A stretch of DNA of 64,000 nucleotides, from NCBI RefSeq assembly GCF_000143415.4, contig NW_003314280.1, positions 124,001 to 188,000 of the forward strand, written 5' to 3'. This stretch comes from Selaginella moellendorffii (lineage: Eukaryota; Plantae; Lycopodiophyta). Under the pieces are notes generated by a model. The model had not been told where the DNA came from. It did not search any database and saw only the letters and a list, made by a program, of their open reading frames with translations. Both the position numbers and the translations under genes were made by a program. Positions 24,105 to 36,565 of this stretch are shown piece after piece (the stretch's first letter is position 1; each line of letters starts with the position of its first letter).

Positions 24105-24275
24105 TCTTGAACTCCATTTCAGGTCCATTTTAGACTCCATCTTTAGTTCATCTTGGACTCTATCTTGGGTCCAACTTAGATTCCATCTTTAGTCCATCTT
24201 GGACTCTATCTTGGGTCCAACTTAGATTCCATCTTAGGTCCATATCAACCTTTATCTCGAACTCCATCTCAGGTC
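24105..24275. repeat. Tandem repeat of 11-12-mers (ggtccatctt/gactccatctt) with a ~46-bp higher-order unit
   Basis: tcttggactctatcttgggtccaacttagattccatc at 24151 and 24197. Confidence 0.85.
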
Positions 24276-24337
24276 GATCTCGGATGTTAGAGGAAGGAGG
24301 ATGCCTCCTCCAAAAGTCGCTCAAACATGAGAAATAC

Positions 24338-24460
24338 TCCAATGCTCTTCACAAATGCCCCCCCCCCGCCCCACTACCCTTGTGGGGCAACAGTTTTATA
24401 CAAGGAAGATAGGAATATTTTGAGGATTAGAATATTCCCTCTCTCTCACACTCTTTAAGT
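24338..24460. repeat. ~120-bp direct repeat (second copy ~25591-25710) with a GGAATATT...AATATTCC stem
   Basis: aatgctcttcacaaatgccccc...ttttatacaag...ggaatattttgaggattagaatattcc is present twice. Confidence 0.85.
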
Positions 24461-24558
24461 GTCCATGCCCTAGCATGCAACTACAGTGGATCGTGCTGAT
24501 TCCATATGCGCGAAAACCCTCTAAAGAGTGTAGAGTGTACCTCAACTACTGCTGCTGC

Positions 24559-25041
24559 TAAAATGGAAGGAGATGTAGGCTTATATAACCATTGACCTTC
24601 AGAGGTAGAGTAACCACTAATCTCTTGCAATAATCAGCACCCAATAACTAATAACCAATAATCGATAATTCCCTACTCTCACTCTTACTCTAGTGCCTAC
24701 TCCAACACCAACTCCTACTCCTGCGCCTACTCCAGTGCCAACTTCTACACTTGCTCCTACTCCTGCACCTCCTCCTGCTCCTACTCCTACTCCCTAAAGG
24801 TTGTTTCTTTCCCAAGAAACTCTCACCAAAGTTTAGCCCAAAAGAGAAAAATGAGTACTTTGGTCTCAATTTTTTACCATTTTAATTGTAAGAAGGCTTG
24901 TTGGAAAAAGTGTAGCCCCATCTACCACAGTACTCCAAGAATTTGTGATGAAAATGCCTTAATATCCTGCGAGATCCAAGAAAATATAATTTAGAACACC
25001 AATTTTGTGAAAAAAAACATCTACATGTCACCAATCTAGAT
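24559..25041. repeat. ~480-bp direct repeat, copy 2
   Basis: Matches 22144-22622. Confidence 0.9.
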
Positions 25042-26668
25042 CAATACCAGGTGCTGTTGATATTTTCAGAAAGCCTAGGACCACAAGCACCTCTAAAAAC
25101 AAATGACATGCAAAACAAAGTTTGGAAGAGCATGAATTTTTGCTGCAAAGATGCCCTTATCTAGCCAAAGAAGAAAATTCTTTTGTATGCCACAAATTTT
25201 TTTAAATCCAACACCAAAAATCACCTCTACTTATAGATCCAGGCTATATCTACAAACCCAAATGTACTGTTTAGAGAAATTGGGCCAAGAATCTAGACAA
25301 GAAAGGAGAAACCCCAAAATGTTCACTCAACTGAGTCAAGAAACATTGTATCTCCGCAAGGCTTAATAAGCATTATACATTGCCAAAAAGAAGAGCTTAA
25401 GACCTATCCAATGTGCCTAAGATCAAGCAAAACCACTACAAGACGAACAAGAAATTGCTCTTGAAATTCTGTGGCCCAAAGAAAAAGAGAAAAATTATGT
25501 AATAGAAAGCACTGTATATCACATTGGGTTCACCATTTGTTGGGGGAAAAAGGGGCACCTCCCTTAACACTTGCTCAAACACAAGAAATGCTCTAATGCT
25601 CTTCACAAATGCCCCCAACCCCCCCTCCCGCAAGGGTTTTATACAAGAGAGATGGGGAATATTTTGAGGATTAGAATATTCCTTATCTATCTGACACACT
25701 CTCTAAGACTTATTTTTGACACTTTTATATGTTATGACATTTGCCATGTGTCAATCCTTTTTATATCCCTTTTTAGAGATTCATTCATAGATTGTTCTGT
25801 GTTCATTCCTCAAGCACTTTTTTTGGAGTTCCACTCCTACTCTTGACCTTCCAAATTAGAACTTTTAGTCAAAACATGTTATGCTTGTTAGACTTCCACT
25901 TCAACCACTACCATATAGCACCTTTTCAACTCCATTTTAGGGCATAAGGATTTGTGCCTCACACAAGAAACTTCATAAATATATTGCTCGTGATCATATA
26001 AAGATGATATAAAAGTCACAATGACTTAATCATCAATCGAGCAATACCATGAACAAGCCTATATTGTTACTTCAAAAGTTTACATGAGTATCAAGTGCCA
26101 ACTCAATTCAATAAAATGTAACATAAATGCCATACCTTATCAATAGAAATTTACAACACTGAACACTAACAACTTTGTTTACAACACGGATAAGCTCATG
26201 CCACTTTCTATTCGACCAAACTCAAAATTAATCTAACACCAAACTACTAACCCATAGCATCCACCAACGAACGTAACCACTCAAGGAAAAATGCCTATGC
26301 CCTGTCCAAAAGGAGACTCGGACAACACCACAAAGTCGGCAAACTTTCCTGGCGTCAGCGACCCAACCAAATCCTCCAATGCAGCTGCACACACAGCCGA
26401 GGATGTGTACCTGAGTACCAATGCTACACTCACAACAATGCTGCTCTGAGTCTGGCAGCTTTGGGAAAAGGATTTGGCTTAGAATATCACTGACCCGGCC
26501 AATTGAAGCAGTGCCTCCTGTCAGCAAGCATAAGCCACAGGTACACCTGAAGATCCATAAGCTGGCAAAGCTTGCAGATCTCTATGTAAGAACTCCATTC
26601 GAACGTCATAGATACAGCAACCAGTGTTGAAATCCAACAAGCTGGTTTAAAACTCCAATACCATTTGG

Positions 26669-26940
26669 GAGAAAATGCTACAATGCCCTTGCCGAGAAAC
26701 ATATGCAAGTTTCTCTACCAACCAAAGATTTCGTGATATGTGGATGGTCACAACAAATGTCCTGGTACAGCTCCTCTTGTTGATAGAAATAAGAGAAATG
26801 AAGAAAAGAAAACAAACAAACCTGACTCTTCTCAAGGTAACGTTGCCCCTCTCAAAGCCTAAGAACATCTTTGGTTGGTAGAGAAACTCGCATATGTTTC
26901 TCCCAACATTTCGCAAGGGCTTGGATTGTAGCGTTTTCTC
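26669..26940. repeat. Inverted repeat / potential foldback (arms 26669-26729 and 26867-26940)
   Basis: gagaaacatatgcaagtttctctaccaaccaaagat pairs with atctttggttggtagagaaactcgcatatgtttctc (35/36); pairing extends with bulges. Confidence 0.85.
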
Positions 26941-27795
26941 GGTAAGGGCTTGAATTGTACCATCGTCCAATGCATCACATTGCTGCTTGCGATGGTGATC
27001 GATCCATTTCTTCTTCCTGTGAGAATTTCTTGGTGCTGAAGAAGCCTCTTGTTTCTCACCCCAATCATAGATGAAAGCACACTATCTCGAACCAGCATTT
27101 GTATTACCGCCTGCTTAGCTGCTCGCTGATCATTGTTACGATCCATGCAATGCCGCAAATTTGTGAGTGCGAATCATTTCCCACAAAGTTCCTCAGATCC
27201 AGCCTGGTAAACTCCTCCACGAGCGCTCTCATCTGCCTACGCCTAATTCCAACCTGAGCAGCACTGCTCTCTCTCACATTCTGCATCTGCCATGGAAAAC
27301 ATCCCCTACCATAAACAACAGCACCTGCATTCCAAGCTAGAAGTATACACGCATGACATCATATAATTGGCTCATGGCTTGTTGGCACGGAACACCCGTA
27401 AAGGAGAGATTCACTGCTGGCGAACATCCCACCGGGGAGCCGTAGTACCCCATGTCCGGCCATGGTTAGGACCAAGGTACTTGTAGGTGGTTACCCGAAG
27501 TAGCTCATGTCTCTGACCACAGCAAAGGGCATGGTCTGTGATTTATAAGGTTGACACTGAGTAGGAGGTCATCCCGTAAAGAGGAAATTTGCATCCCCCA
27601 GAGAGTGTGCGCTTCTAGAAATATTTTGAAAGCATCCAAAACTTCAAAGAAGGCTTTTGATGAGAGGACAAGGGAAGAACTAGCTAGAGGCATTTGGAGA
27701 CATCCAATTGATGCTTGCAGTTGCAAGTGAACAAATTAAGTATATCTGTACGGTAAAGTTAAACGATAAGAACCTCATTGTAAAATTAATAATAT

Positions 27796-29330
27796 CTATT
27801 TTCCACGTCTCTCTCTCACCTGATCTTTGCCTCTATTGCGCTCACGGTAATCCCTCTCTTTGTACCTATCACTGTCATACCTTTCTCGGTAACTTCTACG
27901 TTGACCCTCGTCACTGCTGCGAGCGCCATTGTGATCTTCTTTGTTGCGTTTGTCCCTTCGAATCTCTACGTACCCTAGATCTTCTTTGTCCCAGCCAACG
28001 GTACCTAACGACTGACCTGGAGCTTCACCTTGTTTAGACTTGAGGCGAAACTTTTTCTTGAGGTTGCCAAACTCGTCGTACATTTCACCGTCATCCTGTG
28101 CGCAAGGTGACGTGTATAGCAAATGAGACGAAGCGTGCGTACCTCCTCCAACTCTTTTCGCCGGCGTTTCGTCTCTTCAATTTCGGCTTCATCGAACTCT
28201 TTGTAGCCACCCGCGCGCCCTTCCCTGCCGCAGATGATAGGGGGAGTGAGGCACAAGGTTGACAAAATTTTACTTACCGGACACCACCTTCCGTGTGGCC
28301 TGGCTTGGTCGTGTTACAAATGTTGCACTTGGTCCGTTTGGCCCAGTTGGTATTTCCACACCTAAGATACCAAACAAGGACAAACCGTGAGAATGAGGAG
28401 ACGAGCAAAGCAGAGAGCTGACATTGGGCAACTCCAGTCATTTGGGCCGAAAATACTGCCGCGTCCACCACGGCCGGCGGAGTCGGCACCACGTCCTCTG
28501 CCACGCCCACCTCCACCCCCTCCACTCCCACTCGATGGCCGTGATGCGCCACAGCGGTTGCAGGAGCCTCGAAACGCAAAGTTTATGTTCCCACAACTGG
28601 CAGACCAAGGCACGGCCAAAGGATAAGAAAGTAGCAAGGCAGCAAGCGCGCAGAGATGGATGCACAGCCACCTATACTTCCCATGCACAGAGACAGAGAC
28701 AGAGAGAGAGCTGATTGAGCTGCTCACCAAGTTCAACAGACCTTGGATTTGGACATGGCCAATCCCCTTCCTGTTGCCAGCATTTGGCGCTCGCAGCGGC
28801 GTCACCACCACGTCCACGTCCTCTGCCACCATCAGCCGCCGCATCGGACGCGAGCTCGCCAGCGCCACCAAGCCCGTCACCCACCTCTGGGGCGGCAGGC
28901 GGCAGTGGGAGTGGAAGAGTGGGCTCCGCAAGCACCAGGAGTTGCTGCTCAGTGGCTGCGTCTCTCGCCTTGGACTCGGCAATGGAAACTCGAATCAAGT
29001 TGCCGTGGAACTCCTTGTTGTCAAACCATTCTACGGCGGCCGAGGCAGCATGTGGATCTTCGTAAGTGACAGTGGCATCCCCCTTGGGTTCATTGCTGGC
29101 CTTGTCACGGTATATCCAGATCTTGGGCCGTCCGTGCCGCTTGTCCTTCTGCACGCACCGCTACCGCTCAACTTAAAGAGGAGAAAAGCCCGTCCGCAAT
29201 GCACTGTGCCTACCTTGATGACCCCAATCTGTCCAAAGTGCTCTGCCAGCAGCGCCTCATCGGTCCCGGCAGGCAGGTTACAGACGTAGACGGAGCTGGT
29301 CGCTTGCGGGCCTCCCCGGAGCCCGATCAT
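27796..29330 (-). CDS. TAF15: TAF15 (FET-family RRM plus RanBP2 zinc fingers), multi-exon
   Basis: SVYVCNLPAGTDE...[104 protein letters not shown]. Confidence 0.92.
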
Positions 29331-29489
29331 GGTGCCGCGCCGCGCCCCGCCCCACCCGCCGCTGCCCTAGGAGTGTCTCTAGGGTTCCTATCCCGTTTTG
29401 CTACTCAAGAAGATAAAACAACACTGTCTGCGGTTGTGCATCTTCTCCCCCCTCCGCGCTTTCTGTGTCTAGGTAGCTATAGCAAGAAA

Positions 29490-30289
29490 TGCCGTCAAGA
29501 AATGCCGTTTTGATTTAACTTGCTACCGCACTGTGCCGTGGGGGCTCAAGGAAGGTGGTGACATGCCTGAGAAAAATACAAAGGTTTGTTCCACAGTAGC
29601 TCTCCAACCTTTGTTGTGTAAATCTAAGCAGGCATATGGAGCGGCAGCGGCTTTTTTCAATTCCAGTCTTCCAAGAAGGGTTGACATCCTTGTCCCAAAT
29701 GCAACATTGCCACAAGAACCAAAGAACCCATGCAAAATGCTAGATGCCATCACCGCTTTGCTTCATGACGAAATCAAGACCAGGATTGTAAGTGGCTTTT
29801 AGTTGCCAAAGTAAGCACAGCATTGAGCGGGTGGCTGGAATTTCAGCATGAGCTGAATGCAACTATTGAGCCACGGTTTGGTAGCTTTGAGCGTGCTCTT
29901 AAGAAAGCAAGAAAGAAGATGGAGGCAAGTCGTGCTAATCCGCTCCGCTGGCAGTATTTATGTTGCAATCTTATCAGGCCCAGCTCAGTGGCGCGGAGAG
30001 ACGCATCGGTCTTCTCGAGGACGTGCTCTGTTCGAATGTAAAGTCAGTTGAGTGGTGGCGTCACTTGTCACTCTTCATGTTGCAGGAGCGGCTCCGTGGC
30101 ACAGAAAAGAAGAGCTTTGAGGGCGGTCCTCGCCGGCTTGATCATGAGCATCACCGTCGTGTAAGTTCGTTCTCTCTTACAGATATTGGTTATGTTGGCA
30201 CTTTGTGGGCAGAGAGAACTGAGTACCCCAGAGTTGATTGCAACGGTGCGGGCGCGGTGCAACAAGACCAACGAGGTAGTTCCATATAA
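29490..30289 (+). CDS. Uncharacterised small coiled-coil-like protein, multi-exon; start uncertain
   Basis: ORF segments separated by ~45-55 nt introns (e.g. donor 29788 gtaagt, 30161 gtaagt); heptad-like AQLSGAERRIGLLEDVL; family not recognised. Confidence 0.4.
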
Positions 30290-30366
30290 CACACGCAGAG
30301 GCTGATTATATGCTCCATGCAGCTGTTGGTTTGAGGTGACGGCGGGGGCAGCGGCGCTAGAGCGAG

Positions 30367-31057
30367 TCAGGTAACGAACTTTTGGCACCTGGTGTCATTG
30401 TGGACGGTTTGGCAGTGGCAGGAGCAGAAGCGAGCAGCGCAGCGTGGGCATGTGTAGTTTGCACTGTAGCCACACACCGCGCAAAAGTGACGCCTCGACG
30501 CCCGGCTTGGCGGCCCAACGCCGGCCCTCACGTACGACGGGACATGAGGCGGCAACGATTCCCCCAGGTTGGCCTAGCGAGAGAGAGCATGCCATGAGAG
30601 ATTGAGGTGTGAGAGACACCCACCACATACCTCTTCAAGGAGGTCGAGGAACGACTTGGGCCCCTTGCTGGCACTCCTCTCCAACGCCAAGGATTGCCTC
30701 GTCTTGCGCTTGCTTCCTTTGGGTGGTCGCTTGTGGACGAACACTGGAGTGCGCAACATTGAGAGCGTGACAAGGGAGAGAGAGAGAGAGCCCCACCTGC
30801 ATCGTCGTCGCCCATGAAGTCATCGTCGTGCTGAGCCTCGGAGGCAGCAGCCGCGACAGCGTCCATTGCAACGTTGTCATTCTCGAGCGCGTCCAGGCGA
30901 GCTTGGATGGCCTATACACACATGGGATGAACGCCAAGGGGAGACTGACTACCTGTTGCCTGGCGTTTGGGTCGAGCAGAGCCTCCTCGAGCCTGGCGCC
31001 AAGCTTCCGGATCCTGGTGGACGACCTGCGCGGAGTGGCCGCATCCTCGACCTCCAT
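30367..31057 (-). CDS. SWC6: SWR1-complex subunit SWC6/SEF (HIT zinc finger, ZNHIT1 homologue)
   Basis: RRSSTRIRK...ARLDALENDN...KRKTRQ...PKSFLDLLEE-ANLESLPPHVPSYVRA...RRHFCAVCGYSANYTCPRCAARFCSCHCQTVHNDTRCQKF; 3 introns. Confidence 0.95.
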
Positions 31058-31077
31058 CACAAGGAAACCCTAAGGCA

Positions 31078-31971
31078 ATGGCCAGCTTCCGGGACTTGAG
31101 CCGGGCGTCGTGGGGCAGTGAGGCGTGGAAGGCGCTGATGCGGGTGCGCGATGCCGCTCCCGTGGTGCAGTGCATCACCGATTTCTCGGCGTCCATGGAG
31201 CTCATGGCTAGCGCTGTCATGGCGACTGGAGCAAGCCCGGCCATGGTGCATGCCGTGGAAGAGATCCGCGAGTTCACGGCCAGCCGGGCCAATGCCGTGT
31301 GCATCAACGTGGGAACGCTGTCGCCCGAGTGGCTCTTCTCCATGAAGGTGGCGGCTGCGCAGGCTGAGGAGCTCCAAAAGATATGGGTACTGGATCCAGT
31401 GGGCGCTGGTGCCACCAAGTTTCGCACCGCCAAGTGCCTGGAGCTCATCAACCTGCGGCCCACCGTCATCCGGGGCAACCAGATGGAGATCATGGCCCTG
31501 GCCGGGGCCTCGGCGTCGCCCAACAAGGTAGAGCAATAGCTAGCAGCATCTCGTAACTTGCCAAGTCTTCCCCCCTAGGATGGCTCCAACCCCACCAGCG
31601 ATGGCCTCGAGGCTGCCAAGGAGCTGGCGCGCATCTCTCAATCCATCGTCTGCGTGTCGGGAGCCATGGACCTGGTGACCGACGGCAAGCGCGTGCTGGG
31701 CGTGAGCAACGGCGTGCCCATGATGCACAAGATCACAGCATCCGGGAGTGCCATGACTGGCCTCATTGCGGCCTTCGTCTCCGTCCACCCGCCCCCCCGG
31801 GCCCTCGAGGCTGCTGCCTTCGCTCTCGCAATCTTTGGCCTCGCCGGCGAGCTGGGAATGGAGAAAGCCAGCGGCCCCGCCTCGCTCGCCATGCATCTCG
31901 TCGATGCACTTCACCAGCTCGCTTCCGAGGAGTCGCTGGTAACATCGCGCATCAAGATTGGCCAGATCTAG
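31078..31971 (+). CDS. THIM: Hydroxyethylthiazole kinase (thiamine salvage), 2 exons
   Basis: PVVQCITDF...GASPAMVHAVEEIREF...INVGTL...WVLDPVGAGATKFR...IRGN; SGAMDLVTDG...NGVPMMHKITASG...GPAS; intron ~31528-31578. Confidence 0.95.
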
Positions 31972-32287
31972 CTGATCTCTCCTCTCTCTTTCTCAAAGAA
32001 AACCCACATATATAACTTATATAAAATCCACTGTCTCCGGCTCCTTCACATAGGTACAAGGAAAAGGCTGTGTTGCGTCCTCTATACATTTCACATGTAC
32101 GTATGTACCTCTTCCTCCTTGCCTCCGTCTCCGAAAAATTGAAGGCCCGGCTGCCGGCGCGTCGCGTCGTCTCGCTTCAAAGCCCACTTTACCGATGGAT
32201 CCAAGCTAGCCGGCCTCGCACCCGGCTCATCACAGCAGCACCGCATGCATGCTGGTTGTCCGCCCGTTTGTGAGTTAGATAGTACAC

Positions 32288-34188
32288 TCATCCTGCAGTG
32301 CACTCAATCAGGTGCCCACACGGCAAGCAGGCAGGCGTGGCTTACCTGTTTTCTGAACCGCAACCCACACCTGCTTCTGCACGTAGCACCAAGAACAAGA
32401 ATGAGCCTTTGGCACCGACATAGAACCCTACCTCTGTGCAGCCGAAGGGTGTTGACGCTGCACCTCCCCTCTTGGCAGCCACATGCTCAGAGTCTCTAGG
32501 ACCCTTCCGACGAAATGCACCTGATGAAGCAAAGCCAGCGAGTTAAACAAATCAAACCACCGGCTAAGGCTTGTCTACCGTTTTCAACAGCACCATTTCT
32601 CCCGTCCGTCTCGTTGTCAAGGTCGCTTCCCAGCCGGGGCCTGGTGTCGCACTTTACATCTCCAGGATCAACCTCTGCACGTGTGCGGAGCGTGATAAAC
32701 AAGCAAGATGAAGATCTCAACGTCTCACCAGAATCCATGGAATCCAGGCGTCGACGAGGGGTCCAAACAGGACGGTCAGGCCGATCCTTATTTCTCAGCC
32801 TCCGACCATCCGTTGTTGCGCTAGAATCTGCTTCCGCCACGGATTGCCTCGCAGCCTGCAACTTGGACGCCCGCCCGGAACTGTAGCCCGAATGCTTGTA
32901 CGTTGAAGGCGACTGCCCAGGAGATACCGGGGGGCGCCCACGTGAATTGTATCCGGAATCCTGCAAGGCTTGCTCTCAAAACCCACTGCAGGAAGACAAA
33001 GGCAGCTTACAGTCTTGTCCTTGATCGGCCTACGGGTGTGTCTTAGCGCATCTGAGTCCACCGGCTTGGGATCACCCTCGCCTGCACGTGAAGAATGTTA
33101 ACAAAGATCTCAGTAACTCCGCTTCAACCTGCTGGTGTTTCATCTGCCTCTTTAAAATGACCATTCTCGTCCCCTGCTTCGCGGTTCTGCTTCTTTTCCT
33201 TGAACTCCCGTTTCTTGTGTTCCCGGCGCACATACGTGGGAGAATCTTTGGCATCTGCTGGCGGCTGAAAGCACACCCGTAAGTCACAGACGTAATTGCA
33301 CAAGCAGCAATCATTACCACAGCCTTTCCCTTATCACCACGCTTCTGGATGACGAAGCCCGAAGGTGGAGGCCCCATGATAGAACCAGAGCGAAATCCTG
33401 CTTTTGCTGCTCTCTGTGCATGAAGTGTAAGAGTGTCCGCTAAAGCAGATCAATGCAATCTCTACCTGGGCAGACTTGGCTGCTCGTTTCTGGCGGACAT
33501 ACTCCATCAAGGGAGTAACTATAACACCTTCTCTGGACGAGCCTGGGAACAAAAGGCACGGTATAGTGTTCGCATGAGAATCATATGAAGAAACCTGGCC
33601 TTTCCAGCTGGACATCGGCACTCGGCAGAAGCTCGGCTGCTTTACCCAACGTGTCCACAAACTCCAAGTAATCCGGGTCTGTCCAGCAGTGTCGCAACAC
33701 AAATGCCTTGTCAATCGAAAGGTGAGGTACCTCTCAGGATGCTTCCTTCGCGACCGTCCTTCTTCACTCGCAAATCCGGCACGCGTTGGTAGGGTGCGTA
33801 CTCCACCATGGCTTTATACTGCGAGCCTGCAAGCTTGACCATTTGGTAAGACCGTGAAAAGGAGGCGCCCCCACCTTTCTCGTTCACAAAGACATGTCCA
33901 TGGAAATCCTCATGGAAAGCAAGCACGTCCTCTGGCCTCTCGAACTCGATATAGGCGCGAGAGTGGATTTGGTTTCTGTGGCTGCAAAAGAAAGGAGGAA
34001 CCTCTAAACCAGCTCAAGGGAGAAAGCAAACGCGGAATTGGGACTCACGTCGATTTCCCAGGCCGGAACAGCATCCACAGGTAAGGCCTGGCAAACCTGG
34101 TTTGGATCCGGGACACCAAGGCGTCTTCCGAGAGTGTGGGAGGCAGGCGGCGGACCACAACCTTGGTTCGCGACAGGGGATCCTTCAT
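32288..34188 (-). CDS. UPF3: Nonsense-mediated decay factor UPF3, multi-exon
   Basis: MKDPLSRTKVVVRRLPPTLSE...FRPGK; FHGHVFVNEKG-SQYKAMVEYAPYQRVP...KKDGREGSI; TPLMEYVRQKRAAK; RNKDRPDRPVWTPRRR; C-terminal QVWVAVQK. Confidence 0.92.
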
Positions 34189-34405
34189 CGCACACACGCT
34201 ACTGCTCTGCCACTCTTGCTGCTTGGCTAGCAGTGATGAGTAAGCTCCCGCCGCCGCATACGCTCCCTTGGCCTGCCACTGCTTCTTGTCGCGCTCCCGA
34301 CCCATCCTTCGGCGGCATCGTCCCGCTCCAAAACCCTAGCCCTTCCCCTACACTCTCAAACCCTAATCCCCTACTTTTATCTTTTGCGAGTCGAACCCTT
34401 TGTTT

Positions 34406-36439
34406 CTACACAACAACGTTTATCTCCCCGATTATATTGACGAGCCTGCCGCTGTAGAGGCGGGACAGGGCCTCCTCCACGCTGCGCTTGAGCTCTCGCG
34501 TCTTGGAGACGAGCTCTTCCTGATGCCAACCCATGCACACGCACAAGCACGATCAGATTCTCGTGTGTGAGCCGCCGGAGAGGCACCTACCTGCTTGGGC
34601 CATGACGACGACAAAGCGTTCCGCAGCTCCACCTTCTTGTGCTCTACATCCCTCAAGCTGTTGAGACACTTGGCCTCGCTCTGTTTCTTCTCCTTGAGCG
34701 ACGCCTCTAGCCTGTCCACAAACCTGCAAAGCAAATCCAAGCAAGCCGTCGCCCACAAAATACGCGCTACACGTACCTCTCCGACGTTAACATGAGCACC
34801 AAGTCTCTCGTCCTGCTGCTCGTCACCAAGTCCAGCGCTACGGAGATGTCGCCCCCCATTTCTTTCAAGACCTGGGAGCTGTATTGCGGTAAAGACGCCG
34901 AGGCAACTGCCTGTATCTGGCTCTGCAGTGCTGCTGTCGCACTGTTGTCCAGCTCCTCCACTCTCTGAACAAGAAATGCTCTCACCTGCAAAACAAAGCA
35001 AAGCTTTTGCACGTTAATACACGAGAACCAAGCCAAAGGGGCTCACCTCAAGGAGATCACTCAGAAGATTGTTTCGATACTGGGAGTCCACCAGGCGACA
35101 AAACGGAGCAAGAGAAGAGCCATAGCCTTGGACTGCCGAACCAGCCTTTTCGAATCCCAATGGATCCTCGTGACCTTCAGCACCCTGTTCCACGTCAATA
35201 TCCCACACGATTCCCGCGCTCTCCTCGTCGTCGTCACACTTGGACTCCACTAGCCTTGTGTCAGCCAGATCTATATCCCATTGTATCTCGTCAGTTTCCA
35301 GCTGAGTAGCAGCCTCAGGTAGCTGGTCACACTGGATGCCTTGTGCGCCAGGCACTCCTGCTGCAGGGTCAGTGTTATCATGGGGAGGAAAGTCGGTCCC
35401 GACATCCAACGGAGTGTCCCGAACATCCTTCAAAGCTGCCAGAAGGACCGAGCCTTGAACCTGCAAGGGCGGCGGCGAAATGAGAAAAGCAAGCGCTGCA
35501 AGCGCTTTTCACCTGAGCGTACGTGTGAGCATACGAGGCGTAGACCTCATAGAGGTGCACGGCGTCATCAACTCTGCGACGACAAAGGATGTCCTTGAGA
35601 GTGGAGAGAATCCCAGGCAAAGAGCTGACGCTGGCCAAGAGCTCGCTCCTCACGTTCACTCCCTGGCACATCGAATGTCAGCCACAAGCGAGGGCGGCGG
35701 GAACACAAGTTACTGCGATGCCAAGCTCCCGGCAGGCGTGTTGGTACTTGGAAGCCGATGCAAGGGCATTGCGCTTGAACTCGGCCTCTTTACGCTCCAG
35801 GTCTGCCAGCTGCTGTTGCAGCCTGGCGATCTGCTTCTTTACAAAGGGGCTGCGACGCAAGTCAGTGGTGGATCAAAGCTAGTGAGGCTTACATGTCGTA
35901 ATTCACGTTGTGGAGCATGAGTTGCGCGGCCTCGCCCAGATAGAGATTGTCTTTCTCGTAAGCATGCACAATGGCGTCCCATTCCCTCTGTGTGGAAGGT
36001 GAGAAGTGTAGCTAGAGTGCATTCCCATACCCCTGGACCGGACGTGGCTAGCCGGGCAAAGACACCCTTGTCTGGTTGGGCGGCGCTTGTGCTGAGGGCG
36101 ATGTCCCGGATCCTGCGTGCTTCCAGGTATCCCACAGCTGCCATGCCACCGAGGAGAGAGCTTGTCAAAGGGCGGGGGTGAGTGCGATGGATATACTCAC
36201 ACTCGGGGCTCAAGCTCAGCAGCCATGGGTCGCCCTGCTTGGGCAGGCGGGCAAACGCCGGGGCGATTCTGGCACGGATCTGCGCGAGTTTCTTCCTCCA
36301 CTCGCCATGCATCCAGCGGCGATCAACGAGCCAATCTGCGCGCGCAGCCAGCTAGTGGGTCAAGCAGAGGGCTCAGAGCGTACGCACCAGCTAGCTTGGC
36401 GTAGGCGATGTCAATGGGCAGCTCGCGCGATCCATCCAT
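34406..36439 (-). CDS. C53: C53 / CDK5RAP3 homologue (ER-phagy receptor, UFMylation partner), multi-exon
   Basis: [59 protein letters not shown]...[44 protein letters not shown]. Confidence 0.93.
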
Positions 36440-36565
36440 CCCTGCTTGCCTTGCCCTAGGTGTAAGGGGGGTCCTCTTTTTAGGGTTGCGCAGGAATGCG
36501 GGGGCGAGCTGCAAGGGCAGGGTGGACACTTCTCGGTAGCTGAGACCGGCGGGCTGCCCAGTTTC

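Noticed and set aside
24105-24275. CRISPR-like array
   Set aside because: Degenerate tandem repeat without unique spacers, in eukaryotic TE context.
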